From contig JBCCHT010000038.1 of assembly GCA_039028615.1 (NCBI GenBank), positions 32,001 to 96,000 on the forward strand: a stretch of 64,000 bases of DNA, in the 5' to 3' direction. Below are positions 61,828 to 64,000 of this stretch, piece by piece; the stretch's first letter is position 1; every line of letters begins with the position of its first letter. The DNA is from Myxococcota bacterium. GTDB taxonomy: Bacteria > Myxococcota_A > Polyangia > Nannocystales > Nannocystaceae. Below the pieces are notes generated by a model. That model searched no databases. It saw only the letters and a list, made by a program, of their open reading frames with translations, and was not told the origin of the DNA. The position numbers and the translations under genes are program-made.

Positions 61828-63872
61828 TAGAAGCGGATGCCGAACTGACCTTGGATGGTCTGGACGGCCCGGGCATCCTCGGGGGCGCCGTCCGATCGGA
61901 TGCGGTTGAAGGCACCGAGCGGGAAGAGCACGCCGTACTGGATCTGGAAGAAGATCGGCTCGCGTCGGTCGTGGTAGCGCATGGCGCCGTCGAGCTCGAT
62001 GCCGTAGCTGAAGCGCCGCCCGATGGTGCTCAGGCGGTTGGCGGCCATGGCGTACTCGACGTCCACGCGGGCGCTGAAGCTGTCGAAGAAGTAGAACGCG
62101 GCCCACGGCTTGAAGTAGGCGGCGTTGGAGACCGTGCCCAGGATCTCCCGGAACAGGATCATGTCGACGTTGAACGCCGGGTTGAACCGGAAGTTGCTGA
62201 TCAGGTTGTCCGGGTCGTTGTTGTCGGGGTTGTCGTCCCGCTGGGGCAGGGCCGCGCCCGCGTCGGGCGAGTTGGCCCCCGCCGTGACGTCGCCCATGGC
62301 GAAGCCCTGGTCGAAGCCGATGTGGAAGCGATCCTTGAAGAACCCGTACTTGAACTCGAGGGCGTAGCCGAAGTTGGCCACGGTCTTGCGCTCGAGCTGC
62401 TCGGCGGTGACCGACTCGAGGAAGGTCGGGTCGCTGGCGATGTCGTCCGAGCCGAAGGAGTCGTCGAGGGCGCGGAAGGTGCCGAAGGTACCGGCCGCCT
62501 CGAGCTCGACCCGAAGGGTGCGCCAGTTGAAGCGCATCCACAGGTCGGGGGTGACCACGAAGGCTCGGCGCGCGATGAGCAGCTCGTTGTAGGGGGAATC
62601 GGCGAGCGTGCCGTCGGCCCCGTCGAAGGTGCCGGCTCCGCCTCCCACCAGGTCGATGTCCTGGAAGCGCAGCCAGGTCATCACGCCGTAGTTGAACACG
62701 GGCGAGCCCAGCGAGAGCTTGCGACGCAGCATGTCCTGGTCGTCGCGGCGCTCGAGCGAGGCGCTCCACTGATAGACGTTGTCGAACTTCTCGGCGGAGA
62801 TGGTCTGCCCCACCAGCCGGCCGTTGCCGTACTCGGGCCCCTGCAGCCACGCGTAGGTGGGGCCGCTGGAGGCCCAGTCCCACGAGACGGCCAGGGTGTG
62901 CGTGCGACGGCGGTCCTTGCCGAAGTCGAAGGCCAGGCGCACCGAGTCGACCGAGTCACCGAAGTCGCGGTCGAGGTGGCGAATGATGTCCGAGTCGTCG
63001 CCGCGGGCGTAGCCGTTGCCGTGGTTGGCCACCATGCCCATACCCCAGCTCCACGGCATCCGGCCGAACTGGAGGTCGAGGCCGAAGCCGAAGCGAACGT
63101 GGCCCCAGGCGCGCTTGACCAGGATGCTGTCGTCGAAGCTGTTGACCCCGGCCGAGGGCGGAACCTGGCTGCGGGTATACAGATCGATGGGCGCGTTGGG
63201 GTTGTCGAAGCGGAAGGTGTCCGGCGTGCTGCCGAGCACCACGTTGTCGAGCAGGTCGACCTGGCTATGCACCTTCACCGTGTCGGTGATGTGCAGCGTG
63301 GGCTCGAGGCGCAGGCGCAGGTTGGCGCTGGCCGCCCCGTTGCGACGCTGGCAGCGGGTGGTGGCCCGGGTGGCCGAGACCCCGGCCTCGGTCAGGCGCG
63401 CGAAGCAGTCGGCGTCGTTGGCCAGGAAGGTGCTGCTGCCCGTCTCTTCGCGGTTCTCACCCATCTCGGCGGGCGGACGGAAGAACTTGTTGGGCAGCAG
63501 GTCGTTGTTGGAATCGCGATCGTCGAGGCCGAGGTGCAGGCGATGGAAGTAGTCGCCTCGCATCCGCATGTAGCCGTGCAAGTCGAAGAGCTGGACCCGA
63601 CGACGGCGTGCGGGCTGAGCTCGCACCTCCTCGATGGGCCGAAGCGCCTGCTTGTCCTTGGGGGCCTCTTCGGCCGGACCGTCCTTCTTGTCCTTGCCGC
63701 CTTGACCCGGGCCGCCGGGGGCACCCGGAGACGGGCCACCAGCGCCGCCGAGACCCGGCTGGGCTGCCGTTGCCGACCCGGCGCCGAGCAGGCCCACCGA
63801 GAGCAACGCGAGCAAGGGCAAGGGGCGGAGCAACGCGGCTCCGAGGCCACGTGGGTGCATTTCGCCGCTCAT
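61827..63872 (-). CDS. TIGR04551-like myxobacterial outer-membrane beta-barrel protein
   Basis: Signal peptide, HGY.R.R...F, AN.RLRLEP, D.LDN.VLGSTP, GRMP..WG.G...N.G, FRF.P...VD.ILFR and terminal aromatic residue (..IRF). Start at 63872 or 63860. Confidence 0.75.
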   Translation of the reverse strand: MSGEMHPRGLGAALLRPLPLLALLSVGLLGAGSATAAQPGLGGAGGPSPGAPGGPGQGGKDKKDGPAEEAPKDKQALRPIEEVRAQPARRRRVQLFDLHGYMRMRGDYFHRLHLGLDDRDSNNDLLPNKFFRPPAEMGENREETGSSTFLANDADCFARLTEAGVSATRATTRCQRRNGAASANLRLRLEPTLHITDTVKVHSQVDLLDNVVLGSTPDTFRFDNPNAPIDLYTRSQVPPSAGVNSFDDSILVKRAWGHVRFGFGLDLQFGRMPWSWGMGMVANHGNGYARGDDSDIIRHLDRDFGDSVDSVRLAFDFGKDRRRTHTLAVSWDWASSGPTYAWLQGPEYGNGRLVGQTISAEKFDNVYQWSASLERRDDQDMLRRKLSLGSPVFNYGVMTWLRFQDIDLVGGGAGTFDGADGTLADSPYNELLIARRAFVVTPDLWMRFNWRTLRVELEAAGTFGTFRALDDSFGSDDIASDPTFLESVTAEQLERKTVANFGYALEFKYGFFKDRFHIGFDQGFAMGDVTAGANSPDAGAALPQRDDNPDNNDPDNLISNFRFNPAFNVDMILFREILGTVSNAAYFKPWAAFYFFDSFSARVDVEYAMAANRLSTIGRRFSYGIELDGAMRYHDRREPIFFQIQYGVLFPLGAFNRIRSDGAPEDARAVQTIQGQFGIRF

Positions 63873-64000
63873 CGAGGCCGCGCACGCTAACAGCGCCAAA
63901 GTCGGGGCGTCAAATCACGGGGGACCGGCTGCCCGCACGTCGGCCAGGCCCGACAAGAGCCGTCTCGACCCGACCCTTCGCCAACCCGAGGTGGGGCCCG

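Noticed and set aside
61828..62883. N-terminal extension of RadA (815-aa ORF)
   Set aside because: It overlaps the TIGR04551-like gene in another frame. RadA homology begins at the GTG at 61827 (TAGTG coupling).

Overview
High-GC window from a myxobacterium. A Nannocystaceae-like origin is inferred from a MYXO-CTERM tail, a TIGR04551-type outer-membrane protein, FHA-sigma54/Ser-Thr kinase modules and many Cys-rich lipoproteins. About 55 real genes are supported. Most of the long overlapping antisense ORFs in the track are GC artefacts. Core genes are selB, cinA-recA, radA, a PP2C phosphatase and cutA. Accessory content includes a type I secretion-like ABC/HlyD/TolC operon, several signalling proteins and many secreted lipoproteins. 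I found no tRNA, rRNA, CRISPR array or transposase. The best candidate for an undescribed system is at 2.6-6.1 kb. There a small 3-TM protein, a radical SAM enzyme of the archaeal tetraether-synthase (Tes/MJ0619) family and an atypical Lgt paralog form a coupled operon. This operon converges on a 60-aa TM peptide ending in Cys and a fatty-acid hydroxylase/sterol-desaturase gene. Other notable signals are 12 genes with a TAnnnT hexamer exactly 6-7 nt before the start codon (probable leaderless mRNAs), a shared C-terminal C-x-PPA(G) motif on unrelated lipoproteins, a triple-fused phage tail-collar protein, an orphan T6SS/eCIS-like gene pair, and a lone ABC transporter with degenerate catalytic motifs. 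All family assignments are from motif recognition by eye, and no database search was run.
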